A stretch of DNA of 64,000 bases from Callorhinchus milii (Eukaryota). Shown piece after piece: positions 25,571 to 38,971 of this stretch (position 1 is the stretch's first letter; each line of letters opens with the position of its first letter). The DNA lies in contig NW_024704743.1 in NCBI RefSeq assembly GCF_018977255.1, positions 6,884,001 through 6,948,000 on the forward strand, written 5' to 3'. Below the pieces are notes generated by a model, which saw nothing but the letters and a program-made list of their open reading frames with translations, was not told the DNA's origin and did not search any database. A program made the position numbers and the translations under genes.

Positions 25571-26750
25571 TATAATGTGAGTGGTTGTATATTAAATATA
25601 CGGGTTTTTATGAGGACATGCAGACACATTTTCTCTCCCCACCCACACACACCATCTCCACACCATACCTGCAAAAGATACCAACTGAGTTATTTTCCCA
25701 TATTGTGAGGACATGCCAGAGTATCATTTGGCATTACTAGGTCACCAGGTCACTCTGACAGTTACTTTTTGAACCGGAAAAACAAAAGGTCTCAAGATGC
25801 AGGATGCCCGTTTTGGTTTTGACCCATATTTGTGTGCAGGACAGACTGAAACTGGGAGAATGCCAGATCTACTATAATTGTTACAAGCATCATAGCAATG
25901 TGCAATATAAGAATGCTATTTGCCTCAAAAGGGAGACATTTTCCAAGAACTGCTATTCATTAACTGAAAAAATATACGGGCATTATACTTTAGTGTAATC
26001 TTGTGAAGTAATCTTGTAACCGTGAAGTACTTTAAGACTTTCTCCTGATGTGAAAGGTGCTATATTAAATGCAAGGATTATTTATTAATTATTCAATCAC
26101 ATAAGTACAAGTCTATTCTCAGTTGTATCTCAAATCTAGGTAAATAACTGAATTGTATGCCTGTTTAATTTTAGTGCTGGACAGAGATGGCTTACGCAAA
26201 CTCAAGAAACAGCTTATTCTGTTAAATATGATGATCAATTCTATATACACCTCAAATTAGTTTTGAACTAAAAGCAAACCAAAGACTCGCAAGTGTATGT
26301 TGCACATTTACAAACATTTACCAATAATGTACAGCACAGAAACAGGCCATTCTGCCCAACCTGTGTCAATATTATGCCCAATTGTACATCTGAAAGAAAA
26401 ACTAAATAACTCCATCAAAAAACAAGGCAGCTGATACCCTATTAAACCTTGATCACAGATTGACTGAAATCTTTCTACCGAATATTCCTACAATTCTTTT
26501 TTATTAAATTTTGCTTTTGAAAGCGCACAACCATTTATTTCCACACCAAAGCGCACAACCATTTATTTCCAATGTTCTCAGTTCGGTAACAGAGGTGCCC
26601 GAGGGTGTTTTGAGAATAACAACAACTCAGATTTCCCTCCCTCTGGTGAAAAGTCTGGATTCTGCTGAGCATCTGCTGATGGGCTCCACAAACAAGAACC
26701 TGAAAGCTCATCATACAGAAATCACAACACAAGCCCACCTCCCACGAATC

Positions 26751-27049
26751 CATGCCAGTGTGCGAGTGGGCGTGCCCATGCCAGTGTGCGAGTGGGCGTG
26801 CCCAGGCCAGTGTGCGAGTGGGCGTGCCCAGGCCAGTGTGCGAGTGGGCGTGCCCAGGCCAGTGTGCGAGTGGGCGTGCCCAGGCCAGTGTGCGAGTGGG
26901 CGTGCCCATGCCAGTGTGCGAGTGGGCGTGCCCATGCCAGTGTGCGAGTGGGCGTGCCCATGCCAGTGTGCGAGTGGGCGTGCCCATGCCAGTGTGCGAG
27001 TGGGCGTGCCCAGGCCAGTGTGCGAGTGGGCGTGCCCATGCCAGTGTGC
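26751..27049. repeat. GC-rich minisatellite, 26-bp unit CA(T/G)GCCAGTGTGCGAGTGGGCGTGCC, 11.5 copies
   Basis: Direct count. Units differ only at position 3. Confidence 0.98.
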
Positions 27050-27113
27050 TAGAGCACTAAGCAGCGCTCAGCTCCTCCAACTACACTAGATAAACAAAGA
27101 CAGCTCTGAACCA

Positions 27114-27432
27114 AAACAATAATAATCCTTGCATTTGTTATAGCGCTTTTCACGTCGGGAGGACGTCCCAAAGCGCTTCACAGAACACACTGTAAAGTGA
27201 ATTGACTGTATATTTGTCGGCGAACGCGGCAGCCAATTGCGCACAGCAATGTCCCACAAACAGTCATAGATTGAAAATGACCAATTTATTATTGTTTTTG
27301 GTTTTGGAGGGATTATTATTAGGCTCTGTGTGGAGTAAGGAAACTTGCCCAAGGTTTCGCCCTCTGCCTGGAATTGAACTCAGGTCTGTCGCTTGCAAAG
27401 CGAGTGCTCTAACCACTGAGCTACAGGACTCC
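27114..27432 (-). mobile_element. Young tRNA-headed SINE, full length (CTCCC-loop tail)
   Basis: Complete head, body and tail. Confidence 0.95.
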
Positions 27433-28137
27433 AAGATTACAGCAAGGCAACTTTCTTGTACAGCAATAAACAACACAGCTTGAATGACCAAAATAAATGG
27501 GTGTACAACACTTTAAATATCAGGAGTCCAAAATGAACCAACAACTTTCACAGCAAATTAAACCGAAACTGGCAGTAATACTTTCAATAACCCAAGATTG
27601 AAAATGCACAGAAGCGAACTATGAAATATACTAAACAGGGCAGTTTTTGTTGAAATATTATTGTCAGTGCTTCAAGTTTGCTAATGCAATACATCATCCA
27701 GAAAACCATATCATTAATAAAATAAGGCATGAAAAGGAAACCACAACACTACTGGAGCACAGCATGATTTATTCAAGAGAACAAGTGGCTTACATCTACA
27801 TGTGCAGTTACTCAAGGACATGAACAGAAAACACCCCCAGCCTGGCAGCACCAAGGTCACAAACCTTGGTGTATTTGCGTTGGTGTATTTGCAAACGAGT
27901 ATTTGCGTTCCCAGACAGCACAAAAGCACCAGTGTGTAACCTCAGTGTGTTTTGACTCAACTGCCCTTGAAACCCCCTTTGCATTTCTGATACATTCAGC
28001 TTTCCCTCACCTCTGCAATATTGCCCACTCCACCACAACGTCTCTCCTCAGACTGCTGAGACCTTTAACATGCTTTCATCTTGTCCAGGCTCAACTATGC
28101 CAACTGTCTGCTCACTGGACTTCCCAACTCATCCCTC

Positions 28138-28870
28138 CGCAACAACAACTTACATTTGTATAGTGCCTTTCATGTCAAGAAGACATCCCAAGGCCCTGAA
28201 TAGTCAGGGATCCGCACCCAAGCTGGTGGTTAGGAACAGGAGGGGTGAAGTGCAGGGAAGGTAGGGGTAGGAGAGTAAGCAAAGGCACAGTTGAAGAGGA
28301 AAGTCTGGAGATGGGTCTTGAAGGAGGCAACGGAGGGGGCAATGTGGAGCGACTGTGGGATGGAATTCCAGAGGGTGGGGTCAGAGAGGCTGAAAGCCCG
28401 CCCATGGTGGGGTTAGCTAGGCGAGGAACAGCAGGGAACTTGAAGCAGGCCAGAGCCCACTGAGCAGAGGGAGTGGACAGGTGGGTGGGGGTTAGGAGGT
28501 CACAGAGGTAGGGAAGAGCAAGGCCGTGGAGGACTTTGAAGGATCTTAAACTGTATCCGAGTGATGGGGAGCCAGTGGAGTCAGGTTAGGATGGGGCTGA
28601 TAGGGTCGCGGAGCCCGATGCCGGAGAGGACACGGGCTGCAGAGTTCTAGATGATCTGCAGCCTGTGCAGTTGGGGAGACCGACAAGCAGGGAGTTTGTG
28701 TACTTGAACCTGGATGTGATGAATGCGTGGATGAGGGTCTTGGCGACCTTCGGTGAGAGAGTGGTGGAGTCAGATAATATTGCAAATGTGGGGAAAGGCG
28801 TAGTGGGTCATGACACGGATATGGGAGATGAAGGATAGTTGAGTTGAACAGGACGCTGAGGTTCCATATT
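28138..28870 (-). mobile_element. L2 LINE 3' portion
   Basis: (CAA)n tail, hairpin and ORF2 C-terminal remnants. Confidence 0.88.
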
Positions 28871-28874
28871 GGCC

Positions 28875-29551
28875 CCGCAGAACTCTGCAGCTCATATCAT
28901 CTCTTATATGAGGCTCTGTGAGCATATCACCCCATGCTTGACTGGGCTCACTGGCTCCCCATTCCCTAGAGCAGCTTGGTCCAACCTTTTGGTTGCTGAG
29001 GGCCGAACTTCCTATTTTAAGAAACGTCTACTGGCCGCATAAGCAATATTTTTTGGGTAACCCTTCCAGAAACATAAAATTTACAGGTTATGAAGAGGGC
29101 AGGTGGGCCAGATGAAATGGGAGACGATGGATGGAATCGGCTTGCGGGCCACCAGTTGGACCACGCTGCCTTTGAGGATCGAGTTCAGAATCCTTGTCAT
29201 CACTGTTAAATGCCTCCAGTTTTGCCCCTCCCTATCTCTGTAACCTTCTCTGTTACCAACCTGCCCACTTCCTCTGCTCAGCAGACACTGGCTTGCTTCA
29301 CGTCCTGATCTCCCCCCACCCACCCCCATCCCTACCCACCCAATCATCGGAGGTCAGGCTTTTAACCTATCTGCTCAGAATCCTTTCATTCGCCTCCTTC
29401 AATGTCCGTTTCAAAACCTTCCTGTTTGACTGTGCCTTTGGTCATCCTTCTAGATCCAACTCGCAGCTGGGGTGCAAACCCTCAACTGTCCAGTGCCTTC
29501 GGGTGTCCTCTTTATGTGAAAGGCGCTATATAAATGCCATTTTTTGTTGTT
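28875..29551 (+). mobile_element. L2 LINE 3' portion interrupted by a hAT MITE
   Basis: QNSAA and HWLP remnants, then the insertion, then RIEFRIL. Ends GAAAGGCGCTATATAAATG..TTGTTG. Confidence 0.8.
28972..29168. mobile_element. Non-autonomous hAT (Charlie-like) DNA transposon, 197 bp
   Basis: TIRs CAGCTTGGTCCAAC and GTTGGACCACGCTG match at 13/14. The 8-bp flanks CCCTAGAG and CCTTTGAG match at 6/8 (TSD-like). Confidence 0.85.
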
Positions 29552-29559
29552 CTGATAGG

Positions 29560-29830
29560 ACTGCATTATCAGAGGTCACTTCCAGATAAGACATTAAACT
29601 GAATTTGCCCATTCATGTGAATGTTAAAGATCAAAAAAGAGGAACGAGTTTCTCCTGGTGTCCTGGCCAACAATCCCTCAGATTAAAAAAAAGTAATTTG
29701 CTTCATGGCTGATTGTGGAACGCTGTACATAAATTCCTGCCAGATTTGCCTACAAAGTCAGTCACTGCACTTTACAAATGCAAATTGCTTTGACAAGTTT
29801 AGACATGAGGACTTGAATCAATTGCAAGTA
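29560..29830 (+). mobile_element. Deu-domain SINE, degenerate
   Basis: CAGATAAGACATTAAAC..GAGTTTCTCCTGGTGTCCTGGCCAACAATCCC. Confidence 0.7.
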
Positions 29831-30619
29831 CTATTTATTCAAAAGGTCTCTCCCACAATTTAATAAACCAAAGTATTTCAACACAAACTAGTCTATCAGA
29901 AAACTTTCTTTAAACGCTTTCTATTAGCTCATCTGAAAACATTCCTGAAGTGCCAGTTAAATTAATTAATAATCCTTTGATGGTTTTAGCAACACTTAAT
30001 CTCCAGGAATGCAGATTGCATGTGTCAGCTGTCCCAACACTCCAAACAGAATCTGTTTTACAACCAGATTTAGTTTTACAATGGAAAATGTTGTTCTTTC
30101 TTAGCATTCAGTTCCTTTGTTCAGTCGGTCCACATTCACCAAGCATGAATACTTCACAAAACTAAAATCCTGAATTTTATTTTCAATGAAAATGGTTTTA
30201 AATGTTCTGTAAGTGAAAAGAATTTGTCTGAAGCTCTTTTCTCCTCCATCATCATGAATGCTGCAATTCTCAAATAGATAACATTTAAGTAGACTTACGT
30301 TTAACCTTATAATAAACACAATCACTTCTCACTCGCTTTGAGAAGGTTAAATTTTTCCTAGTCCATACATGAATTATCCAGTTCTGCTTGCTAATTCCTT
30401 CTACTGTGTATCCAATTGGATTCCAGTAAAACAAACAGCTGAGATCTGGGAATTTCCACAGTCCATGTCAGCGAACTTCTCATCTGATCAATTTAAATTG
30501 CACAGGATATAAATGACCATGTTAAATGAATCTGCAGCATTTCACCCCATTCAAGAGTCAGAGAAGAGATTGAGAGATATGGCGACAAGACAAGATGGTG
30601 AGGCTGGGAGAGAATTTCA

Positions 30620-30780
30620 GGACATTGTTTGACTTAACACATCCAAGCAGTGTGATAGATCAATGAAAAAGGCATTGGGCTACGCTGCCAAAGCACAACG
30701 CAATTGGATGTAGATTCCCAACATTATGTTAAACTAGTATAGTGCTTTGGTTAGAAGCCATCTGGAATACTGTGTCCATC
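30620..30780 (+). mobile_element. Very old CR1 fragment
   Basis: GCTTTGGTTAGAAGCCATCTGGAATACTGTGTCC translates to ALVRSHLEYCV. Confidence 0.65.
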
Positions 30781-31892
30781 TACACAGGGAAATTTCTATT
30801 GCAGATTGCTCTGCCCTGCTCAGAAGTTTACTTGTCTCATATTTCTTCCATTCGAATAGTTACTAAAGGGAAGAAAACCCTAGCAAAATCTCCCAGCAAT
30901 GATCAAAGTTAGTTGCACTCACTGCAGTTAGACACTAGATTGGTTTAATAAACCAAAAGTGGTGCATCACAGTTCTGAGATACGTCCCTCATGCTGGTAC
31001 ACGTAGCTATTTCAAAAGGCTCCAAAACCATTTCCTCAAGAAATATGAAGCAGAAAACTAGTAGAGCAAGAATAATGGAAGGATACTTCAAAAAGGGCAC
31101 AGAAAGGATTAAAGCAGAATAAATTTACTCTTGATATTTGACTGTTAATCCTCTCAAACCTTCACATTTCAGTTAGGTGGATTAAATTCTCCCCAACACA
31201 AAGATAAACAGTTAATATGGTCGTGCCTGAACAAGTCCCTCCAAAGCATGTGCAGCTTGAGGAAGCAGTACAACACTTTCCATTTACCCCGAATTATAGA
31301 TTTTTTTTAAAATATAAAGATCACTTGCACTGAAAAACTTAAAACCTGTAAGTCACAATCTACTGACTCACAATTATCAAAATAGCTAAAGATTCAAAAC
31401 AGTCTATTAAATGGTCTCATATCATACAATACAATTTGCAATTTACATTTATATTGCGCTTTTAATGTCAGGGTAATGTCTCAAAGAATTTAAAAGTTTG
31501 TTGGATCCACAGAACTGGTTGATGCTGAAGGACAATCCTGGAAAGATTATGACCAACTAATATTCATTTTACAACCAATATTTTGGTCCATATTTATTTC
31601 AGAATTATCTGCAACTCAAACATAGCAAACATAACATTCTGACGGTGACCTCACGTGTTGCCATGATATAATCTTTCCCAACCTTTCCTCCCTCTTGTCT
31701 TGCAAATTCCAAACTGCACACAAGCCTAGATTTAAAAATTCCTCGTCTGTGGCACCACCACTACAATTTAGAACATATAAAACTTGTTGAGAATTAAATT
31801 TAAGTTATTTCCTAATTCAATATTTATTACTGCTCTTGATGAGAGATGCATATTATGGCTTCAATTTTATATTAAAATAGATTAAGACAATC

Positions 31893-32080
31893 GAACAACA
31901 ACAAATTACATTTGTATAGCGCTTTTCAAATTGGGAGAATGCACTAAGGCGCTGCACAGTCAGAGAATTGGATCCGAGCTGGGGTTGGATTAGGACGGGT
32001 GGAGGGCAGGGAGGGTAGGGATAAGAGGGTGACCGAAAGCCTGGTCGAAGAGGAAGTTCTTGAGACGGATGGTGAAGGAG
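31893..32080 (-). mobile_element. L2 3' end
   Basis: (CAA)n-ATTACATTTGTATAGCGC tail and G-rich UTR. Confidence 0.8.
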
Positions 32081-34299
32081 ATTAAAACTATATCCTTCCT
32101 ACACGTTTTCTGAGAAGAATCAGAAAGTTTGCTACGCTTCATAATACACTTGGAAGTCCAGTGAGCCAAAATTTTCGGCTAAGTGTAATAATAATGTCGG
32201 TACTGGGTTATCGTTGTTTGAATACAGCGAGCAGAAGCGAATAAGCTATTTTCTGCTCACGGGATTCAAACAATCCGAGTCAAACTCAATATCCCTGGCA
32301 ACTGTGACGGCCATCAAGGATGGTGAGGCTGATTAGTACGGCATTGGCAAGCGCCAGGAGAGTGGGCTAGTGGGAATCTCATGCGGCCTGAGGTGGGGTA
32401 CGGCAATATCGGGGAAGGATATGAATGCAAGTATGAGGGCACCTGAAACCATGGCCGTCTTAATTCAGATCACGTCACAAAGAACAGCACTGCTATTGTC
32501 TACCACTTGCATTTCTAAAGTTTAATCTGTTGCAAAACCAGCACAGACACACTCCTTTGGTGTTCCAAGTTATAGTAAAATGATCAATGATTACTTCCTT
32601 TTTTCATTTACTTTGCCATTGTGCATTAATGGCCTTCAACTGATATACCTTTCACATACACGCTCTTCAGCAGAAACGTGAAAAGTTGATTTATTTCCAC
32701 CCTCTACTGAGCAGTTTCTACATTGATGCAGTATAAACAAATTTATACTGGTACTATTTAATACAAAAGAAAAGCTAGAAAAAAGAAGCTGAAGGCCTCT
32801 TTGCGAGATCTTCAAAATCCCAAGTAAAAGTTTTTTTTCCCCAAAAGAGTTGTTCTGCTTTCACAGCAAAAATACAATTATTCTGGTGAAAAACAAATAC
32901 ACTTGCTCTCCTGAAGATTTGCACATCGCTACATTGAGTGGAAATGAGCTCTCTTCCCCAATTTTCTCCCAATGGTTTCCAGATCTCAAGTGAACCATCT
33001 GGAGGAACACTTCATCCTTCGGAAAGGTACAGTGCTCTTATCATGTCCTCATGCCTGAAAGAAAGTACAATTCAACCCTGTGCATCTCACCAGCGGTCCA
33101 GATTTGGAATGCTGAGTACACCTTCGGGCATCTACCTTTCACCCTTCCACAGGCAACAGAGAAGAAAAATGATTCCACATAACAGGGAGCTCCAAATTAT
33201 CAACAAATTATGAAGAGCTTTTTTTAAATTGGAGATACATTAAGAATGTGTATCCAGAGCTTTAAAATGTTCACAAGCATATAGATTATACCTAAGCCAT
33301 GGACTTTGAGCTCAGAACTAGAGTACACAAACTCAAAATTAACAACCTAGAAGTGAGTTGAAATTTGAATTTATTGGTCCTCACGGGGTACTGGAAAAGT
33401 GGAACAAGCTCTCAGTAAAGTTTATTATTCATTCCTTCAAATGGGAGCTAAGCAGAAGGTCATAACCAAGGTTAAGGAATAGGCAGATGCTTAAACACTC
33501 CATGCAACATTACAGTTCCAGTGCTGTTGTGCTCAAAGTGTCCCCAAGAGCGCAAGCAAGAAAGAAGAGAAAGAGAGCGACCATCTGCAATTACACATCA
33601 AGAAAAGGGAATAAACAGTGAAAGCCACTGTCAATTACAGGTTATTTTCAAACTTCAATTCTGGAACTGAAAGGAGGTGTGAATATGAATAAAAATGTTA
33701 ATATTTTGATAATATCAGAAACACAAAAATATATAAATGGAGCTTGTTTTATAGATAAATGTTTTATGGATCATTAACATCATTTTTGAACTGAAATACA
33801 AGTTCATGCCCAAAGCAATCAGCTTCAAAGAACCATTATTATCACACCAGACCAATTCAAACATAGTGTACGAATAACAAATTGCATTTACATCGCGCCT
33901 TTCATGTCGGGAGGACGTCCCAGGGCACTGAATAATAGCTCAGAGATTAGTGTTTTTAAATTCCAGTTGCCGGGTTTGAGATCCTAATGTGATACAGCAC
34001 CTCCAACTTGGTTAATGTAATGCCAAATATTGTGCAATTAAGCAAGTCATGCGAGTGAAATTTCAGTTGAAATTAATGGAGCTTTTCTGTACTGCTCGTT
34101 CTAAGAAAGATTATTAATCTGCATAATTGTATAGCTATTGTGAACAAAAGCTGAAGGATATTCAGCAGACACAAAATTAAGCGACAAAAGTGGCAAGGAT
34201 TTGTTCAGTGATCCAAACCACTTGAATGTCACAGTATCAGCTTTGTAACGCTCTGTTGATCTGTATAGCTATACATGGTTGCTTTGTGTTTGTAGTTAC

Positions 34300-34543
34300 A
34301 TAATAATAATACTTGCATTTGATATAGCGCTTTTCACGTCTTCTAGACATCTCAAAGCCCTTCACAGAATAACTTTTAAGTGAATTGACCGTATATTTGT
34401 GGGCGAACGCGGCAGCCAATTGCGCACAGCAATGTCCCACAAACAGTCATAGATTGAAACTGACCAATTTATTATTGTCTTTTGTTTTGGAGGGATTATT
34501 ATTAGGCGTGTGGAATAAGGAAACTTGCCCAAGGTTTCGCCCT
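34300..34543 (-). mobile_element. Young SINE lacking most of the tRNA head
   Basis: Tail and body are intact. Homology stops at AAGGTTTCGCCCT. Confidence 0.92.
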
Positions 34544-35365
34544 ACTTACACAACATACACAGAAAAAAGGAAGTTATACATTCGACCAGCAAACTGCCCA
34601 CATTACATTGAGAATGATTACACCGATAGAGGAACATAGCAACAGGTACTACGGACACCACCAGCACACCACTGCGGAGATTTGAAGCAATGTCAACAGG
34701 ATTTATGTCACATATTGCTCAGTATAAAAATATGAAAAACAGCTCTGTGGTGCAGACACGTAAATAACTAAATTTCAAAACTGGAGTTGGACAGTGAAGC
34801 CGCCCAAACATCCTATGTTAGCAACAATTCTTAATTTGGAAACCTGGAAAACAATACAGTTCACTCCTGCTGACTTTACTTCCATTTGTCATTACAAACA
34901 TGGTCTCATTAATACAAAACCACCTCAAAAGTAGAAAGTGAAGTAAGTCATACTGTATATGAATTTCACAGGTCTTGGGAGAATCTTTCTATTTGTCTCC
35001 AAACCATTTAGGATAAAAAGAAGTTTCAGTTTTACACACTTTTTAGGGAACTAAACTTTTAGACTTTTTATATTCGTTGGAACAGCAGCGGACAGTATCC
35101 ACGTGCAAAGGAAGTCTCTTGCTGAGGTACATAAACGGGCGCTGGGTTCAGATCCTCAGAAGACATACTCAAGCTGCATCGTGCTATGTCAAGCCCTACT
35201 TACAGAAAGTTCTCGTTACTGCCACAAATGGGGGCTGCCAAGGATATAAGGAAATGCAGAAAGAGAGCAGCGAGAATGATCCTCACTTTTTGAGGAATGA
35301 CCTATGAACTGGGCCAATAGAAAAGTGCAGCTGCACTTTTTCCACGGAATCCGCTAAAAACACCC

Positions 35366-35928
35366 TCCCCTGCTACAAACATATTTCGCCCACAAATATA
35401 CGTCAATTCACTTTACTGCCTATTCTGTGAAGCGCTTTGAGATGTCAAGAAGACGTGAAAAGCGCTATATCAAATGCAAGGATTATTATTATTATTATGT
35501 ACACAGAATGTGCTAGGCCCGACTACAAACCCTGCCCCCAACCCCCAACCCCATGCTCGGATCCTGATCCCCGACTGTTCAGCGCCTTGGGACGTCCTCC
35601 CGACGTGAAAGGTGCTTTACAAATGTAATTTTGTTGTTGTACACACAGCGTGCTAGGCCCTGCTACAAACCTGTATACAGTGTGCTAGAACCCGGGTCTC
35701 TGCATGCTGTTTGCTCAACTCTGCTACTACTCAGCTCCAGTCGTGCATGGTGCGAGGAGTGTTGGGATCGAGAAAGTGGCGCAAGGGGGAAATCAGCTTT
35801 GCCCGCTAGTGAGTGAACCACGATGGATATACCAGCTGCGTCCCACTACTGCCGTCTATTTGCTCGACACCCGACCTAACCTGAGGTCTGTGTCAAATTC
35901 TTGGTAAGTGCTGTACTATGCTAATTAA
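35366..35928. repeat. Unclassified interspersed repeat with 33-34-bp subrepeats, copy 1, with nested SINE (35381-35497) and L2 tail (35532-35638)
   Basis: Colinear with 39863-40289, including an exact GGAAATCAGCTTTGCCCGCTAGTGAGTGAACCAC. Confidence 0.85.
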
Positions 35929-36381
35929 CAGTTTTAGTATCTTAAGCATAACTACATTTTAGGAAATATATGCCTATAGTTTTAATCTGGGTCGTTTCAC
36001 AAAATGTGTCTCTCAATAACACCAATTAGACGATATCCCGCAAAATTTATCAAATGCCACTGCTATTGCCCCGCAATGTTTGGCAAATATCTCCGCAATT
36101 TTCTATTGGCAATGATTGGAAAAGCTAAGACTCTTCAGTATCAAAAGGTGACCTTTCAAATGAAACCTAATAGAGGTGTACAAGCTTTTAAATGGGAATG
36201 AAACCCAGAACAATACTTGCAGATAAACTGAGATAGTAGAATAAGAAGAAACACTTTAGAATTACAAAGGGCAATTTTAAGACAGACAGACGGATGTATT
36301 TGTTTACTTAGAGGTAAAGAACGACTGGAACAGGAAGAATGGTTGAGGCCAGGATCCTGGACATATTAAAAAAAAAGCTGA

Positions 36382-36760
36382 AAATAATAATTCTTGCATT
36401 TGATATAGTGCCTTTTGCATCGTAAGAATTCACTAAATACATATCAAAGTATTTCAAAGGATCCAATGAAAAGTGATTGACTATAATTTGCAGGCAAAAG
36501 GGACGGCAAATTTGCACACAGCTATGTCCTACAAATCGCCATGAACTGAATGACCAATTATATCAGGGGAATTGCTGGCCAGGACACCAGAAGAAACTCC
36601 CTTCACTTTTCAAATAATGTCACGGGATCTGAAACATCCACTTGAACTGGCAGACAGGACCTCATTTTTAAAGTCTCATCTGAAGGAAGCAGTACCTCCA
36701 TCAATGTAGCACTTTGTTTTGCAGCATCAGCCCAGTCTGCGAGTTCAAAATTCTGATGTG
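36382..36760 (-). mobile_element. Deu-domain SINE
   Basis: Tail, body and Deu domain (GGCCAGGACACCAG..GAAACTCCCTT..GTCTCATCTGAAGGA). Confidence 0.8.
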
Positions 36761-38971
36761 GTGTTCAATGCTGCAACTGTATTCTTTCATCCCCAACGTA
36801 AAGATTATGAAACTTTATGACATGTTTTCTCTTCTTCCCCCACTCCCCTCCTCAGCACACTAAAATCAAGTCTTATTCCCAAAAAGCAGACCCAAGATTG
36901 GGAAGTTTTTTTTAAAAAGTCAATCTATTGAAGAAGACGACCACAACAAGAAAGACAATGTCAAATGAGAGAATCTGTGCTGCTGAAGCCAGTTAGGGAG
37001 AGAACAACAACAACTACAACAAGATTCCATTTATAGAGCGCCTTTCACGTCGGGAGGACGTCCCAAGGTGCTGAGAAAAAAAATGAGAAACATTGAGGGT
37101 TTGAAGGGAGCAGATCTGTATTCAATGGAGGAGATGGAGGACTATTCTGTAGTGTCTGGTTGGGCAGATGGGGCAGCGGTGGGGGAAAGATCAGGGTATA
37201 ACTGTGTGGACAGACCATTCCCCCAGAAAATTGAAGGGGTGGGGACGAAGAAACAGTAGAATGGTAAAGCAGGTTTTGTGTCTCGTGTCAAATAAAAGGT
37301 TTCAATGGACCCAACAGCCTTCTCTTGTTATAGTGACCTTCTTATGTTGTCGAGCTTCTAGTTCACAGCAGGAAGCACTTCCACTTTAGCATATTCAAAG
37401 GACAAGCAGTCACCCACCCACGTTTCTACCAACTAGAGATTTTTTTAAAAAATAAAAGAGTTCAGGAAAATTTAAGAACCACATATTTACAGGTGCAAGT
37501 TGTAATCTGGCAAAGCACAAACTGTGTAGTACAATCAAAACTTTGAAAGAGGTTCGACCGGTATTTAATATCTTCACTATTCTTCTAAGTCACAGGAACA
37601 CAAGCTGCTGTTCCAACAACTTGCCTCCCAGGGCACAGAACCAGGAAATTAATTTAAAAAGTTGTTCACGATGACATCATTTCCATTTTGTTTGTAATCG
37701 CTCCGATCACTTTCTTCTGCATATCTAGCATAACTACTTTTGGGACTCTGTGACAGAATGAGCAACATTCTGCTTATAAAAATGCATGTTACAAGGATGC
37801 GTCAATGTAGCTGAAAATATTTCAAAACTATACAGTACTAACAGAGACTAAATTCTAAAGGTTTTAGAAATCACCCATTTCTGCGAGAGTACTCAGTTCT
37901 GCTACAACTCACGTTGGTGTCCTCACTGCAGACTCTTAGCACTGAAAAAATGCACGGCTTTTTGGTAGATTTCCAAGAGTTCAAATGAACTCATGATTTA
38001 AGACCCAACTGTTACATTGAAGTACATTCAGCATTGCAGGTTCTCATGCTCACTAGCTCTTTTTTATAGGATTTCAATGTGGAATTTTTTTTAAATGGTC
38101 CTTCACAGAATCTCAGAAATAACCTTTGTACTCTGAAATGCTTGTATAGTTACCCCATGGTGCGACTGAGTCACTCATCCATCTTTAAAAGACTGATATT
38201 TCACAATCTCAGTAAACTGAAAAGATAGCAGCAATTAGGTACACCACTCAGTATGTACTGTCGACCATCTCTTTGTGCTCATGCTTGATGAGTATGCCAA
38301 AGCAATTACAATGCAATACACCAGAAGTCTCATGTTTTGCAGAGATCTTGGACTGCACAATCCAAGGGTGTACAATTTTACGGAAAATCTCAGTGAATAA
38401 CTTGCCTCCCAGGGATCCTACATCTTGCGCAAATTCAAGACCTTAATTCCCAAGCAACAGGACTATGCTGCGCTGACATGCCTCTCTTCTGTCTGCAATC
38501 AAAAAAATCTTGGAACTAAGTAAAACCTGAGGCGCAAGCAACAGCTATGTTGTTCACCATCCATTTTTAGCAGCACAGCCACCCAAGTCACTGCAGTATT
38601 ATTTATAATTTGTGTGCAAAATATGTGTTATAATGCATAGGATTGTCAGAGTTGAAAGCAGGTAATTTGTTCAAGGCCTACAAATGCACAGTCTCACCAC
38701 ATCACAGTGAATCCTGTGTAGCTCTTTGAGATAACCTCCTAACATGAAAGCCTTACACCAAATGCAAGGCATATTATTTATTCCAGAATTAAGTAATAGA
38801 AGGTAATTTGGGGCAGAGGTTTTAGGTCTTTTTTAAAACTGCATTTTAAGGAATGGGACCAGGTAAAAGCATCTTAATTCTTGTTAAAAATAACTAGCTT
38901 ATAAATTTCTATTATTGTCCCTACAGAAATCTAATTTCCAATAGAAGTCACTTCCACCCCACAGCCAGATA

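Noticed and set aside
26521..26571. 23-bp direct repeat, plus similar micro-duplications at 3746-3790, 19940-19963 and 24180-24252
   Set aside because: Ordinary slippage duplications with no further structure.
26751..27049. CRISPR array or repeat-protein gene
   Set aside because: The units abut with no spacers and the context is eukaryotic. ORFs on both strands arise only because the unit lacks stop codons.
35366..35700. CRISPR-like repeat-spacer-repeat pattern
   Set aside because: The apparent spacers are identifiable SINE and L2 3' ends over 100 bp long, and there are no cas genes.
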